Of a DNA stretch of 64,000 bases, positions 47,001-62,000 are shown in pieces (positions within the stretch are counted from its first letter, which is position 1; every line of letters begins with the position of its first letter). Made by a program: the position numbers and the translations under genes. The notes under the pieces are model-generated. The model made no database searches. It was not told the origin of the DNA and saw nothing but the letters and a program-made list of their open reading frames with translations. The DNA comes from Orbicella franksi (Eukaryota), in NCBI GenBank assembly GCA_964199315.1, contig OZ116709.1, positions 2,790,001 to 2,854,000 of the forward strand, in the 5' to 3' direction.

Positions 47001-50000
47001 TGTGGTATCCGCTGGGGGTTCCTCTCCTGTCTCCTCTAAGCCTGAAACAGGTATGTGGAAATGTAGTGTAGCTGAGTTAAAACATTATAGTACAGCTTGT
47101 GTGTCTGCTGTACAGATGCGCAAGGGTCCATAGGCAGTGTAGACTGTATTAATTTGTCCATATTACTTAAAATGATAATGCATACTGTAGGACAAAATTG
47201 CTGTTTGGTGTTTGTTAGTGGGGTTTGGTTCTAAGAAAACTTGTTGCGTATACCACCTCACATTTGCATTCTTGATGAGCTATTTAAAAGGCTTTTCAAA
47301 TGGTTTTTTTGTCAATTCTCCAAAACATTTAAGTTCACTTTCTTTGGAGTAAATCTTCCTAACATAGGTTAGCTTACCAAGGAATGTGATTTACGCATGA
47401 CTTGAGAAAAGGATATAGGTAGTGCCATTTTTATTGATCTATCTCGAAGTTGTTAAAATGTAAACAATATCAGCAGCTTCTGAAGGTATTGTGCTTTGAA
47501 GGTGGTGACAGTGAGTTTGAACCCACTGAGGAAGCTGACGATGAGGAAACAATTGATGTCGAAGAAGCACAAGAACCGTCTGCCTCCAGAGAGAAGGAAC
47601 TTGAGCTTTTAAGGCAGGAAAGTGAAATTCCCCTGGAAAAACTGTTGGAGGACTTACCACCAGAGATGCTTGAGGAGAGAAGTGATGAAAGTGGTTCTGA
47701 AGAGAGTGAAGATTCATCTGCTGAAGATGAAAGTGAGGCATCAAGGTAAAAGATGAGCGGCATATAAATTTAGTTGTGTTTAAGATGTATTATTTATAGT
47801 CTCCACAGTTGACATGTCAATTTTTTTTATCTCTTGTATTACAGCAAAGAAAGTGATAATAGCGACATTGAAGTGGATGTTGAAGGCAACAATGACGAAG
47901 AGCAAGAAGCCAAGGAAAAGCAGAAAACATCACAGATACGGTAGACATTTTAGAAATAGACAACTTGTAGGGCTGCAATAATACATTTTTCTACGATACG
48001 ATATGCAACAACAACACATCCTGCAAATTGCGAGCAAATACATGTACTTGGCCACCTGCATGGTTTTACTATTTTGATCACAGGCTTACAATGGTGTGCA
48101 ACTGACAAGCGAAGCAGCAATGAATGTATTTTCTTTGTTTTTATTGCTATTCAGTGGACTAAATGCTTGTTTTTGTAAAGGCTTGTTATGGTTATTACAG
48201 ACTGAAAATTTACTCACTTCTTGACATATCGTGACTTTTTATTGTATCATTATTTTACAATATTCTTGACAACTATCAATATTTGTGTTGTGAGGAAAAA
48301 TAATGAGATGCATCATTGCAGCCCTACAAATTTGTGCCACCATTGTCAAAGAACTAGATAATTGTCTTCTTAATTAACATGCCATAGCTTAAAGAAAGAC
48401 GTTGTTCGTAAACAACACATGTCAGTAAGGTATCAAATGTGCTTGTTTTCCAGGCTTAATGAAATATAGTATATGGTAATGAGAGAATATGGTATAGACG
48501 ATCACAAATCCTCCTTATCCTTTGGTTTAAAATATTTTGTCAACTAAAACACACAGCTTAACCTGAAGGTTATTTTACCCCTGCCAGGAAAACCAGCGTA
48601 GATAAAGAGGCAGTGGAGGCAGATGAAGAGTTTATGATGACTGAGGGAGGTACAGAAGATGACGATGAACAAACATTGGAAGAAGAAGAGAAGATGGAGG
48701 AAGATCTTGATCACAAAGATGAGATTGACAACCTTCAGAAGGAAGGTAATACTTCAATCCAAATTCACATTTAGACATGGGTGTTGGTAAGGGCTGGCCG
48801 CCAGCTAATTTCACCTGCTGAAAAAGAACTTAAATCTGGCTGAAAAGACTTGTTAAGTTGAGAAAATCCAGCTAGGCTTGTTAATGAGCTGGTTAGTGTT
48901 TTCTTAGCTTCATCCCTGTTTAGGGCTGCTGAATAATATTTTGGGCTTCACAAAGTTTCTACTGGTATATGGCTTGCTAATGCCCTTTAATACTTTCTAT
49001 GTACAGTGTAAAGTCCTTTCAGTGGCCACTTGCAATTTCCCTGAGGATTTTTCTTTGACCTTAGGTTTTGCATTGCATGGCCAAGATAAACTGCTGCTAT
49101 AAAACCCATTAGCATTTTGTGACTTACATGTTAGTGGTTCCTGTCAGTAGTGACATGACATTAACCTATAATAGATTATTATTGCTGATGAATTCCTGTT
49201 GAGAGAATTAAAAGGGCTGTTAGTGCTTTGTAAGAGTCTTTTTGATGGGCTCAATACCTAGCAGGCTAAGATGTTTTCAAATGTTTCTACCTCAAGGTGA
49301 AATGCCCATTGAGGAGCTGATGAAGATGTACAGTGCTGCTGAAAACGAATCTACAGATTTGCAGAGTGACGAAGAGAGCTCACAAGAATCTTCTGAGGAA
49401 GGTATTGCAGAATAGGCCACTTTGGATATATTAAAATTCAGCTTGATAGTGAGGCCAAGAGAACACAAACAAAAGAAATGAATAAACATGTCATTCAATT
49501 TCTTTTGTTGGTGTCCTCTAAGCCTCACTGCCAAGCTGAATTGTGATATATCGAAAACAGTCTATTGATTGCCTTGTTCAAGGTTTGCAATCATCTCTGG
49601 TACATCTGATTCTCTTGTTTGCTTGTTTGTTGTAGAGTTGAGTGATAATGAAGGAATGGAGTACCTTGTAAAACAAGAGAAAGACAGAGCCAGTGAATCA
49701 CAGGTTTGTTTACTTATCTTTAGTACATGACAAATCAAAGTTTTATGCAGAGTTAAACAGCTAAGTACTGGGGATGTGCAGCTGGTGCTCTGCATTATTG
49801 TTTCTTGCTTTGAATGGATATTTAAATGAGATTTCTAGTGAGGATACCGGCATACCTTGCAACAAATTGTCGTTACCCATGGATCTTGAGTTTCGTGCTC
49901 TAAACCTTGCTTAATCCAATGAAGAACAAATGTATGCTGAGGTTAAATAGATAAACTACAGTTTAGCCGCGCTAATTCTAAGTCAGTTATTTCGAATTCC

Positions 50001-53000
50001 ACATTATTTTAAACTCGGAACAATTTCCTTGGATTTGCCCTTCCGTCATGTGCTATTGGCTATTTTGAACTCCTAATTTGAATTGTTATTCATTTCCTCT
50101 GAGAGTTTAAAATAGTGGGTTTAACTGTAATTACAAAAATGCTCCCTTTTTAAGACCGCATTAATGTATCAAAATAATTTTATTGTGTATTCAGAGTGCA
50201 GATTCTGATCCTGACCAAGAATTGACAGATGCTGCGGCAACAGCACAGAGCTTGCAACCTCGAGGATTCACTCTAGAAACCACTGAAGTGAGTATGAAGT
50301 GATAACTATTTAGTTTTGTGAATAAAAAAAAGTTAATTTGATTTAAATATTTTTCTGTCTCCAGATCAAGACCAAAGTACCCTTCTTGCTTCGTGGAACT
50401 CTGCGTGAATATCAGTTAATTGGTCTAGACTGGTTGGTAACAATGCATGAGAAGCATTTGAATGGTATCCTGGCAGATGAAATGGGTCTGGGCAAAACCA
50501 TCCAAACAATAGCATTGCTTGCTCACCTGGCTTGTGAGAAATGTGTGTGGGGTCCTCACCTTGTTGTAGTTCCTACATCTGTGATGCTCAATTGGGAGCT
50601 GGAGTTCAAGAAATGGTGTCCTGGGTTCAAGATCTTGACTTATTATGGTAGCCAAAAAGAAAGGAAGGCTAAAAGACAGGTATGCACTGAGCAGGATCTT
50701 GTTTACACTTCATTTGAGTTTTTGGCAGGTTACACTAGAGCACCAGTGCAAAGTTACGTGCTGGACACATTTGATTAACAAAAGTCAGATCTAGTTCTTA
50801 ACGCATGGAAGTAGACCGTGAAAAAATATTTGAATTTTGTATTGCTGAAGTTTCATGATTGTTCTCTGGCTGTCACTTTCTTTTTAATTAGAAAACTTAC
50901 TATCATTTTATTTATAAAAGAGACTATATACCGTATTTACAGGGCTGGACAAAACCGAATGCCTTTCATGTTTGCATCACATCATACAAGCTGGTTATTC
51001 AAGATCATCAGGCTTTCAGAAGAAAGAAGTGGAAGTACTTCATTCTCGATGAGGTAAGAGTATAGTAGGCGAAATCAGTTTCAGAATCGCAGCCACATTG
51101 TTAAGCAATCTTTCCGTGAGCTTTGATCATGTTTTAGATGAGGTTAAGAGTAAATGAATGAAAACAGTAAGATAGTCCTATCATTTGCCTCCAAACAGCA
51201 GAATGTAAATGTAGCACAGAAGCAAGTCAACCAACTCTCATTAATTTCTTTACCAACTCTCACCATCTTGTCAACAAACTTTCTGGCCCTCAAAAGCAAA
51301 ATGATCTTCCAGATGAAATTCAAAAGTTTGCTGATGATTCATCGATCATTTGCTATTAGGGAGTTTAAGAAGCTACGACGACGACGACGCCAAGGACAGT
51401 GTCAAATGAATTTATATTTTACCTACGAATCTCACGATACTCTTAAGTCATTTACTTTGTTTATCACTGTCAGAACTATCACAAAACTGAATCTGGGACA
51501 CAGTGATAAATTAGAAATAGAAATTTAAAAATGAGCCGTCGTTCATTGTTCATCTTCTTCAGACAATGCAGAATTTGGTCATTTTACCTTGTTGTTTTGC
51601 AGAGGACGGCAAAGAAATGTACCAAGAATTATAATGCACGTGCACAGCCATTGTTCTGCTTATTAAAACTTCTGTTTAGTGACGTTCCTGTTGCCGTTGC
51701 CATCATGGTTTCTTAAACTCCCTAATGTCACATGACGAATGGCACATTTCTTTTTTTCACCAACTTGCTTTATAAAAAGTAAACAAATATTGCTGTTTGC
51801 TATTTTCTTTCTTTTATTTGCTTGCATTCTAAGAATGAGTGTCTATCCTGTTGTAGGCCCAAAACATCAAGAACTTTAAGTCTCAAAGATGGCAGTATCT
51901 ACTAAACTTCAACAGCCACTGCAGACTGCTTCTGACTGGAACTCCCTTACAGAACAGCTTAATGGAACTTTGGTCGTTGATGCACTTCTTAATGCCACAT
52001 GTTTTCCAGTCACACAAAGACTTCAAGGAATGGTTTTCTAACCCTTTGTCAGGCATGATTGAAGGGAGCAGAGAGTACAATGAAGGACTCATCAAAAGAC
52101 TTCATAAAGTGAGTGTCAACAATTGTTTAAGCTGAGTTAAGAGATGTTTTAGCAGGCTAATAGTTGCATTTGGGTGATCAAATTTTGCTTGAATATGAAG
52201 GCCACTCAATCCAATATTGCGTAGTTCTTGTAACTGCGTGGTAATTTCATGTGGCCAACAGTATGAAACTCTTTTAAAACCCACTGTAAGGTGAGATCTC
52301 AGCCAATCAGTGGTTCCTGTCGAGAGCGACATTTATCATTGCCAGTTGTCAATTTTGTTACTTTTGAAGTTAGCTGTGTATAATTTTTACATGCACTTCC
52401 TCTTTGATTGCAACTATGGAAACATGATTACATTAAAACATCCTCCAATATGAAAGTTATCGCAAGTTTTCCTTAGAATGTGAACTGGTACCACTGTAAC
52501 AACTTTTGTGATGTTTATTGATTTAGTTTTAATTGTTTATGTCTGTAGGTTCTTCGACCATTTCTGTTGAGAAGATTGAAACTAGAAGTGGAAACCCAGA
52601 TGCCCAAGAAATATGAACACTTGGTCCGATGCCGCTTATCAAAGAGACAACGTTATCTTTATGATGACTTTATGTCTAAAACCAAGTGAGTGCCTAATAT
52701 AACATTTGCCATAAAACATAGTTGCCATAATCATTATCACTACTTTTAAATTCCAAATTAGCAATTGAACATTCGATGTGGTAGATGTGTTATCCTGACT
52801 CTATTGTGTTATAACTACTCTTTTTCCATTCAGTTTCTGAGTACCTTGCAGCACTGAGCCATTGAAATGCTCTTCAAGAAATCTTTTTTTTATGGGGATT
52901 CAATTTGAGGAAGGGAAGGGAGATCAAGGCAAACCCTCTGAGTTATGTCCCCTTGTGTCCCTTCCCCCTATAACATAAACTCAACAAAGCTATCAAGGCA

Positions 53001-56000
53001 GTATTGAGCACTTTTCCCCTAGGAGGCATAATTCTTGTAATCTTTTTTTATTATTATTTCTGGCCAACTGCTCTGTGACCAAGGTTCATCTCTAATCATT
53101 TGGTTTTGCATTGTATGGCCAAGATAATAAGCTGCTATAAAACCCACTGGCATGTGTACTTCAAGTGTCATTGGTTCCTGTCGGTAGCAACATACTATAC
53201 AAAGGTTCAACCTTTTCTTTAACACTGGGAAAAGTTGAGTAGTGAGTCAATGTAAGATATAACTCAATTTCTTCTTTTTTATTTTAGAACAAAGGAGACA
53301 TTGGAATCTGGTCACTTCCTCAGTGTTATCAACATTCTCATGCAACTCAGAAAGGTAGCCTTATTTTTGAAATAAATTTTACCTTGTTGTGAAAGAAAGC
53401 AAATATGAAATGTTAATCCATTGACTCTTATCGAAGACAGCTATGCAGACCAAATTTGCATGTGCCAGCTTAGAGCTCTCCTAATGTAAAAGTTACTTAG
53501 AACTGCAGCGTTTGAACGCATAATTTCTGAGGAATAAAATCAGGGCTGTCATTTAGGGCCCTAACCTGTAGCACCTGTAACTGCTGAGTAAGCTTGATTT
53601 TCCCTTGATGCTATGGGTGAGATTGCCTGTTGTCGATAGAATTCACCTATAAAGTAACAAATTTGCTATGGGTGTGGAGAATAAAGTTACATGTGACTAA
53701 AAATGTAGTGACAGCCCTGAAAGTGGTTGCATATAATGTACTATCCACGCTTAATAATACATTTTATTTTTACTAAGTGAATATCATGGACTTATCAACA
53801 TTGCTCATGCTGCTTAAATTGCTTTTCATTCTTAGGTATGCAATCATCCAGACCTGTTTGAGCCAAGACCAACAGTTTCACCATTCATCACAGAAGGCAT
53901 TGAGTTTTGTACTGCATCATTAGTGCTCAAAGCTTTGGAATATAACCCTCTTAAACAAATTAACTTTGGTTACTTGAACTTGTGTATTGCGGACATAGAA
54001 AGGACAGTAACGAGCTATGCTGCTTATCGTACGCAGTCTCTTCAAACACCAGCACAAATGATCATTGAAGTAGATTCTTACCCTGAACCAACAAGGCGTC
54101 TGGTTCCACCAGTAAAACCAAGAAGGATTTCATTGTCTGGTTATCCTGTGGCACCATTAACTGGTGTTAAGACCGACATTTCTAACAGCATTCATCCAAG
54201 TGGGCAACACATGCCAGTTGTGCCCCCTCCCCCTTACTCTGCACACCCACAACACAGGATGCATGGCACTACTTGCACACCAGGGAATCTTCCCTATGTC
54301 ACCCCTCCTGGTTGGTCACAAGACTTGCCAGGTTATCCACCACGCCCTGGTTATGTAGGATCATTACCAGGAAGAATGCCACCTGGAACTCCTGATGGAC
54401 AACAGGTACATGGTTATTCAACACGTCACAGTACTGGAACTGGTGGCAGCTATCCACCATCTAGATTACTTGTGGCTGGTTATGGAAGGGAAATGCCACC
54501 ACCTCCACCCTATCCAGGGCATGGTGCAGGATATGACTCTCAGCGTCAGCATATGGCAGTGACGCATCCACCATGGTCAGTATCAGTTCCTGTGACAGCT
54601 GGTGCCACTTCTGAATCACGGCAGCTTGTATCTGGTAGTACAAGCCTACCAGCAGTGCAGGGTCGAGCACCAGTGGCACCAACTGTCCAAGATGGTGTAG
54701 CAAATAGACTGTCTCATCCAGAACCAAAACCTTTGTCTGTGTCTCCAACCAAGAGGATCGCTCTTGATGCAAGCAAACCAACAATTCCAGTTCCTGCAGT
54801 CCAGCCCAACAAAGATTCCCCATTCTACATGGTATGTGTTAGCATTCAAACACCCTGGGAGAGCACAATCCTTGCAGCTGTTGTGCAAACCATCAGTGCA
54901 AAAGCTGTTATGTCTCTCATATTTTGGTGGTGATAGAAATATAATGACCTTTGTGATGGCAAGGAAAGCAGCAGTGTTAGCATAAGAATAATGAACTTGC
55001 TGGTTTTATGTAAAAATTGCTGTAAGAAGTGAAAGCATAACAAAATAAAATTGTGGCGACAGCCCATTTCCAAATTACCTTAATTAAGCCCTTTTCTCAA
55101 AGTGAGTCTTGATGCCCGTCCTGTCATATGAATAATGAAATTTCGTCACATGCAAATTATACTCATTTTCATTTGAATGGTTGTGCACCAGGTCTTGCTT
55201 TTGGTAAAGAGGCTTAGGGCAATTTTTATATGCTTCTGGCAAAACACTGGCAAAAAGGGGCCTTTAGATTAATTGTCCTCCCTGCCAGGGCTGCATGTGT
55301 GTCAGCACATGATGAGTGAAACTTCAGGTCCGTGTTTTTGAACAAAACTGTGATAGTTCTTGAAGTTCTGAGCTGACAAATTAAATGATGGTCAGAATTG
55401 TTTTGTAATTATCATGACAAAAAAGGTGACAAGTGCATGTAATTTTATAGGAGAGCCTTGCAGACAAAAGAGCTAAAGAAAGAAAACAGAAGCTTGTACG
55501 CATCGCACAAGTGAACAGTCGCCATTGTCATGCTCAACCAGTTTATGGACTGGACTTGGTCCAGGCTGTATCTGTAGTTAATGATGTGTGGCATACAGTC
55601 AGTTGTTGTGAATACTTGACAAGTGTGTTGAAGACTCCAGAGGACAGAGTGAGTGAAATGAAGGAAGCCATTAACAGGTATAATGAAGGTTTTTGATGTT
55701 TTGGTTGTGTTGAGGGAGGATGGGTAAAAGCAGGATTTTAGAGGTCAATGAATTTAGAGTCGTTAGAAAAATCCATAGTTCGTACTCAAACTCAGTATTG
55801 TACACTGTAATTACCCTAGCCATTGAAAGGGAAGCAGGTTTTGGGAGAGATGGTAATTAGGGGTGAAGGAGGTAAACTTAGCATAGGGCTCCAAAATATC
55901 TTAGGAGTGCATTATTCAACTGTGGTCTCTGAAGGGTACCATGCGTGTTTTGTGGGAAAAAGTTATTGGTACTAACAGCACATGATGAGTTTCAAACTTC

Positions 56001-59000
56001 AAAGGTCCGTGTTTCTGAATGACCTTGATAATGCAGAAGTTCTGAGCTGTTAACCTTAGTATAAGTTTCTTAAGAAGCAGAAAAAGCACTACAGGAAATC
56101 TCTTGCAACATTGGAGAGACTGGTCAACTACTGTGTTATTTTGATATTAGCCATTTAAACATCAACTCAAAGGTTTAATGGGATGAGGCTGGAAAACAAC
56201 GTAGAGAATATTAAGGTTGATTTTGGTTTAAACAAGTTAAATATTGAAGACTATGTTTTCTTTTTACAAGGTTTGTGTTTGTAATCCCTGCTGCGGAGGC
56301 CCCTCCCATCAAACTGCATGCATCCCATGTTCCGCCTTCTCACTTGGCAAATATGCAACACCTTGAAGAGAAGCTTCACAAGGAGCTGATGCCAAGGACA
56401 ACTTTCATGCATCCTATCACCAGGGGCATGAAAATGCAGTTCCCTGAAGTACGGCTTATTCAGTATGATTGTGGTAAGGATAAGGCAATATTTTTAGTCT
56501 TACCTAAAGTACTTGAGAGGCAACAAGAAATTAAAAAAAAAATCTGAGAAGAACAGGAGAACTCTGTTGCTCAAACAGAGGATCGAAGAGGTTAGGGTTT
56601 AGCACAGCTGGCTGTGGAATGTTGCTGCATGTAGTAAAACAGTCTAAATTGACTAGGGTAGGAAACATTGACAAGGATGCTTTTTTCGATGCAGGTAAGC
56701 TGCAAACTCTTGATCATCTTCTGAGGAGACTGAAAGCAGAAAAACACAGGTGAGAGAAACTCAGGTGCCCAAAGCAACAAACAGCACAATCCTATCAACA
56801 TCTCAGCTGTGTAAAATAACAAAATGTGAAGTGGACACTCCCTGTTATGTTTTTTGAGGGAGAGGAAGAATTTATAACAAGCATGAGGACTGCGCAAAAG
56901 GCTCATCTGTTAATTAATGTTGGCATTTTGTTTAATTAATTTCTGAACAGCATCAAAGGCTGTTAGAAGGTTTAACTGGTTAGATTTTGCATTAAAGATA
57001 AAATAAAAATTCCCATGCTCACCTCTTCCTCTCTTTTCTCTTTTTCAAGGGCACTGATCTTCACTCAAATGACCAAGATGCTTGATGTGTTAGAAAGCTT
57101 TCTAAATTACCATGGGTACATCTACCTGAGGTTGGATGGAACAACAAGAGTAGAGCAAAGACAGGTGAATCTTGTTTTCACTGACAAATACTCCATTCCC
57201 AACCCTGTCACCGTAATTGCAGGCAGGCAAGTACACCTTGAGACTTAAAACTCAATCTGTATTTGATTTTGTGTATTTATCCTTCATGTCAGGTCTTGAT
57301 GGAGCGCTTCAATGCAGATTCACGCATCTTCTGCTTCATCCTGTCCACACGCAGTGGTGGCCTTGGAGTAAATCTCACTGGTGCTGATACAGTCATATTT
57401 TACGACAGTGACTGGAATCCAACAATGGATGCTCAGGCACAGGACAGGTGTCACCGTATTGGCCAGACAAGAGATGTCCACATCTACAGACTGATCAGTG
57501 AGCGTACAGTTGAGGAGAATATCCTGAAGAAAGCCAATCAGAAAAGAATGTTGGGTAACATTGCTATTGAAGGAGGCAACTTCACCACAGCATATTTTAA
57601 AGAAGTAAGATGAAACACATTTGGACAAAATTTGTTGACGACAAATTCACAACAAACTTTGTCTATTCATTGCCACTTGCTTGGATAGATGTGCATAAGT
57701 GTTTTGTACGAAAGATTGAGCTCATAATTGCCAAGAGTAATGAGTATCAAATTTCTCCTTGTGACATAAATTCTGATAAAATTGTAAGAACCTTTTTGGA
57801 ACAACTATTCACTGTTTGGAGGTGTCCTGTTAAGGTAATTCCCCAGTATTGCATTGCGCATCCCTACTGCGCATAATTTCACGTGTGATTAGCGCGCGCG
57901 CATTAAAAAATGGCGGCTTTTTGTTTACAGCTGGACCTCGCCATAGAGGTAAATCGTCATTTTCTCGCAAAGGAGTATGGTGACCTATCATTTTTTTCTG
58001 TTGTTTTGAACTGAGTAATAAATTTCTCTGTGTAAAATAAATATGGACCAATTCTCAGTGGAGAACAAAAAGCAATCATCGGAAACGTGAAGTTAGCAAG
58101 CAATCGTGACTACAATCATGGTGCTATTATAAGGATTTATATGGGTATAAACAAGGTGCTGTTGCTCCTAGACAAACATGGGTACCCCTCATTTTTATTT
58201 CAAAATGTAAGTTCCTATAATATAAACAATCAATAGGCAAAGTTTCACAAAAATCTCAGTGCAGGTTCTATTTCAAGGGAATGACCTTAAAAGGGGCTTG
58301 GAATGAAGTGTTTGCTAGTGGCCTGTTGGCCAAGTGTCTTTGTGAGGTTCTGTTTATGTGAGGCTGCAGTCTATGACTATACAATGTATGCTGTGAAGGA
58401 GACAGGGATGTTGTCTTGACATACCCCAAGTTCTCTCAACTAAAATAATTAAACCAGATATAATATGATAATCAGTCAGGATAACTGATCTTTCCTAAAT
58501 TTTCTTTACTCCACAGAGTACTTTGAAAGATCTCTTCACTATTGAACCATCAGAACCTACAAACACCCAGTCAAGTGTTCCTAAGGCACCTCCCAGTGTT
58601 GACGTGGAGACAGGAGAAAAGTCTCAAGAAGAGCCAGAGGCATCTTCAGAGAATGCAGAAGTCAGTGGTGCGAAGGCTGGTGGTGGAAAGATGTCGCAGA
58701 CCCAACTGGAGCAGGTGAAATACATTCTCCTTTTCAATAGATTATTTTTGGTGGTCTCCATGAATAAATTTGTTTTGGGGTTGTCAGTTTAATTGTGATT
58801 TTACTTGTCATGACGGTGTATTAGGGGAGGGGATGTTGAAGGTGATAGTAAAGAGGGCAAAACCTTTCACTTAAGACCATTGCAATTTCTGACAAGTGCC
58901 AACAATTTCCAAGTTTATGTTTTTAAATTATATGACACAAGCTGTGATAATTATTCATTTCTGGCTGGTTTAAAATGCATTAAATGGATTTGTTTTGGTG

Positions 59001-62000
59001 GCAGCAAGTAATGTATTGTCAACCTTACTGGTCTGTGTTTTCGTATGACTCTTACATTACAAAACATTCTCACCAGTGTAAAAACATTAAAATCACTCTA
59101 AAAAAATTATGGAAACTAGCATTGATAGAGAAGAGTTTGAATCATTCTTTTGGTACATTTCAACTTGTTCAAGTGCTTTCTGATTCCTTTTTTTTTCTCT
59201 GTGTTTCAGGCATTGTTCAAGGCTGAAGATGAACAGGATGCTTGTGCTGCTACTAGAGCTAAGGCTGAACAGGCTGCTGAGTTGGCAGAATTTGATGAGG
59301 GAATCCCTTTGAGTGAAGATGGCAAAGTAAGTCTGAACGTATCCAGATGCTCTAGTTACCAGAGTTTCGGTCATGGGGGATAGTTCATGCACCAAAACTG
59401 CAAACAAAGTCGAGGAAGGGACCATTGAAAGTTTTGTGAAATACAGTGTGTGTTTTTCGTCTGACGAGGGTTGGAATTCGCCGCTTTACCTTACAAACCC
59501 ACTTCTCTTGGAGCAAAGGTTGAGAGTTGCTCTTCAGCTTATTAAATTAAGAGTTAACAGTGTCTTACAAACATTTATCCATTTGGCTTAAACCTTGTAT
59601 GTTTACAGTTAAATGTTAACAGTAGATATTCCACAGTCAATCTAAAATTTTGCCTCCAACTGCATTTTTCTTACAACTGTAGGGTTTACGAAAGGAAGAG
59701 GAACAATCAAAAGTGGAGGAAGAGCTGTCTGCACTGGAGAGCCAGGTGACAAGACCTGCCATCTCTGTTTATAATGAGAAAAATAGAATTCAGGGCAGTG
59801 AATACTGTGGATGGTAGACAGTATCTCAGTGCTCATTAAATGTGACTCTGATTACTGAATCAGCTTAAGGGATCCTTTCTTGTTGAAATCAAAAGAGAAT
59901 CAAATATGTTGACACCAAAAGTGTTATAGGAAAGACAATTTATGAGTTTATTGGAGTTTGTTCAACGTTGAATTTATACTTTCCCATTTCTCTTTAAGAT
60001 GTCTGCTGTGGAACGATATGCAATTCGTTTCCTTGAGTCATCTGGTAATTACATCACACTGGAACAAATAAAAGCAGCCAAGGTAAATAAAATAACTTTG
60101 CTGCAACTCTTCTTCTCTTCTAAAGTCAGAGGAGAGCCCAAGAATTTTGTTTTAAGGTTGGATTATTGGAGCATGGTATGTTTTGGTGAGGTTTTACGTT
60201 GCAAATTGTTTCTGCAATAGAAATATGTCAGAGTGATTTGGCTACTGTACATCTTATTTGATCAGCCCAGTCATATTATGCTCAGGGAAAAGTCAGGAAG
60301 CTTAAGTTGCAGTCATGCATGGCAAGCATGCTATTGCAATGTTCAATAGCAGGAAACCAGCACTCGTGGTGTCTTCAATTGTAACAATGCTAAATTAGGT
60401 TGTACTTAAATAAACACCACAGTGTCCAAACTGTAGTTTATTTTTTTTATAGGATGAGGTTGAGATGGCTAAGAAAGACTGGGAACTTGGTCACCTACAA
60501 GCTCTGAAGAAGGAAGAAGAGAAAAGAGCTGCTGAAGAAGAGGACGAGATCTTGTACACGTACACACGGGAGGAAGCTTTGCAGGTTAAAAAGAATAAAT
60601 CAAAGTCACGTAGATCTAGACCCAACAGCAGATGCTCTAGTAAGGGTTCCTCAGCTTCACAACAAACAAAAAAGAAAATTGATTCAGAAATACCAAGTAA
60701 GGAGGCTCAAGTGACTGTCAGGAACAGTTGCAGCAACAGTCGCACTTCATCTAGAGCTAGCAGCAGAAGTAGCAGCTGTAGTAGTTCTAGAAGAAATACG
60801 AGGAGAACTAAGTTTCCTGATGACATTTAGCTTTTGTCTTTGAAATTGCAAGATTATTCCCTGGGAAATTATGGTAATCTCCTGTATTTCAGGAAGCTAA
60901 ACAAGTAAATTTATTTCAGTACAAGTTACTTACTATTTGCTGCCCAAATTGATACAAGTAGCCTTAACTTACAAAGTTTAAAAGAAATCACTTGTCAGTT
61001 TTTTGAAGGAGAAAAATTGTTGGGTGGTTACAAAATGTTCTTTGTTTCAGCGAAGATTGCACAATGAAAAGAGATGTTTATAAAAAAAATATGACAGAAT
61101 TCAGTTTAGACAGTTATTTATGGAAAACATTCAATGAAATTAATTTTGCTTCAATTGTATGTATAAAGGAAACAGGCTGGAAAATGTAATAATGGGTGCT
61201 TTTGTTAAAAAAAAGTGCTGCAAAAACTTTCAAATAAACAGATGTTTGAAAACTAAATATTGCTGTGTTTGTCATTCTTGTATCTTCTCTTGATTGCAAA
61301 CTGGCTTCTAAATTGTCTTTTGAAACTGTTAAACTAACAAGCAGCAGTCTGCATGTTAGTTTGACATTTGCCAGTAGTTTTGGATGGCTGTACAGCGTTA
61401 GCATTGCCGACAAGATCATTGGTGTCCAAAGTTGTCTTGAAGTTGCCAAGATGTAACCTTGTGCTGGTCCATTTTTGCAGCAAATCCCGTAATTCACTAT
61501 GTTGATGGTGCTTTGGCTGGCATTTTTGCTAGTGTCTTGTTCATTGCCATGGCAGTGTTGCTTCCTCACTCCCATAATGCATGATTTTCGCACCATAGCT
61601 TACCATCCATCTCATCATTTTAACTCAGACTTTCATTTAAGTCATTTTTTTGTGTCTGTTGAGGATGTGATTTGGTGATAATGTGAGCAGATAAACTGCA
61701 CATAAATCAGTTACCTTATCACTCGCTATGTTGTTATTTTGTGTAGCTTTAGTCATTTCTTCCTTTACTGTATTGGAAAAGGTGCTGTATTCACACCTTA
61801 ATAGCAGAGGCTAGAATTGTTTCTGAAACATGCAGTAATTTTCATTAAATATGTCATATCGTTGACAACTTTAAATTGTTGCTGCTGCTCTTGACACCAT
61901 CCCCAAGCTTGAAAAGGGGGGGGGGGGGGGGTGTCTATTTCCCATTTCCGCATGCTAGCCTATGCCATCCAACCAATCAAGAGAAGGTTTAAAAATGACA

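Noticed and set aside
56590-56675. Hairpin followed by ACA in SRCAP intron 17 as another H/ACA RNA
   Set aside because: No valid H box or 5' hairpin, and no convincing bipartite target.
58320-58345. tRNA-Pro-like A-box fragment
   Set aside because: Only ~16 nt match, with no stem partner or B box.
61114-61596. 160-aa minus-strand ORF and a short hydrophobic plus-strand frame
   Set aside because: No recognisable domain or splice context; lies in the domino-like intron or short-isoform 3' region.
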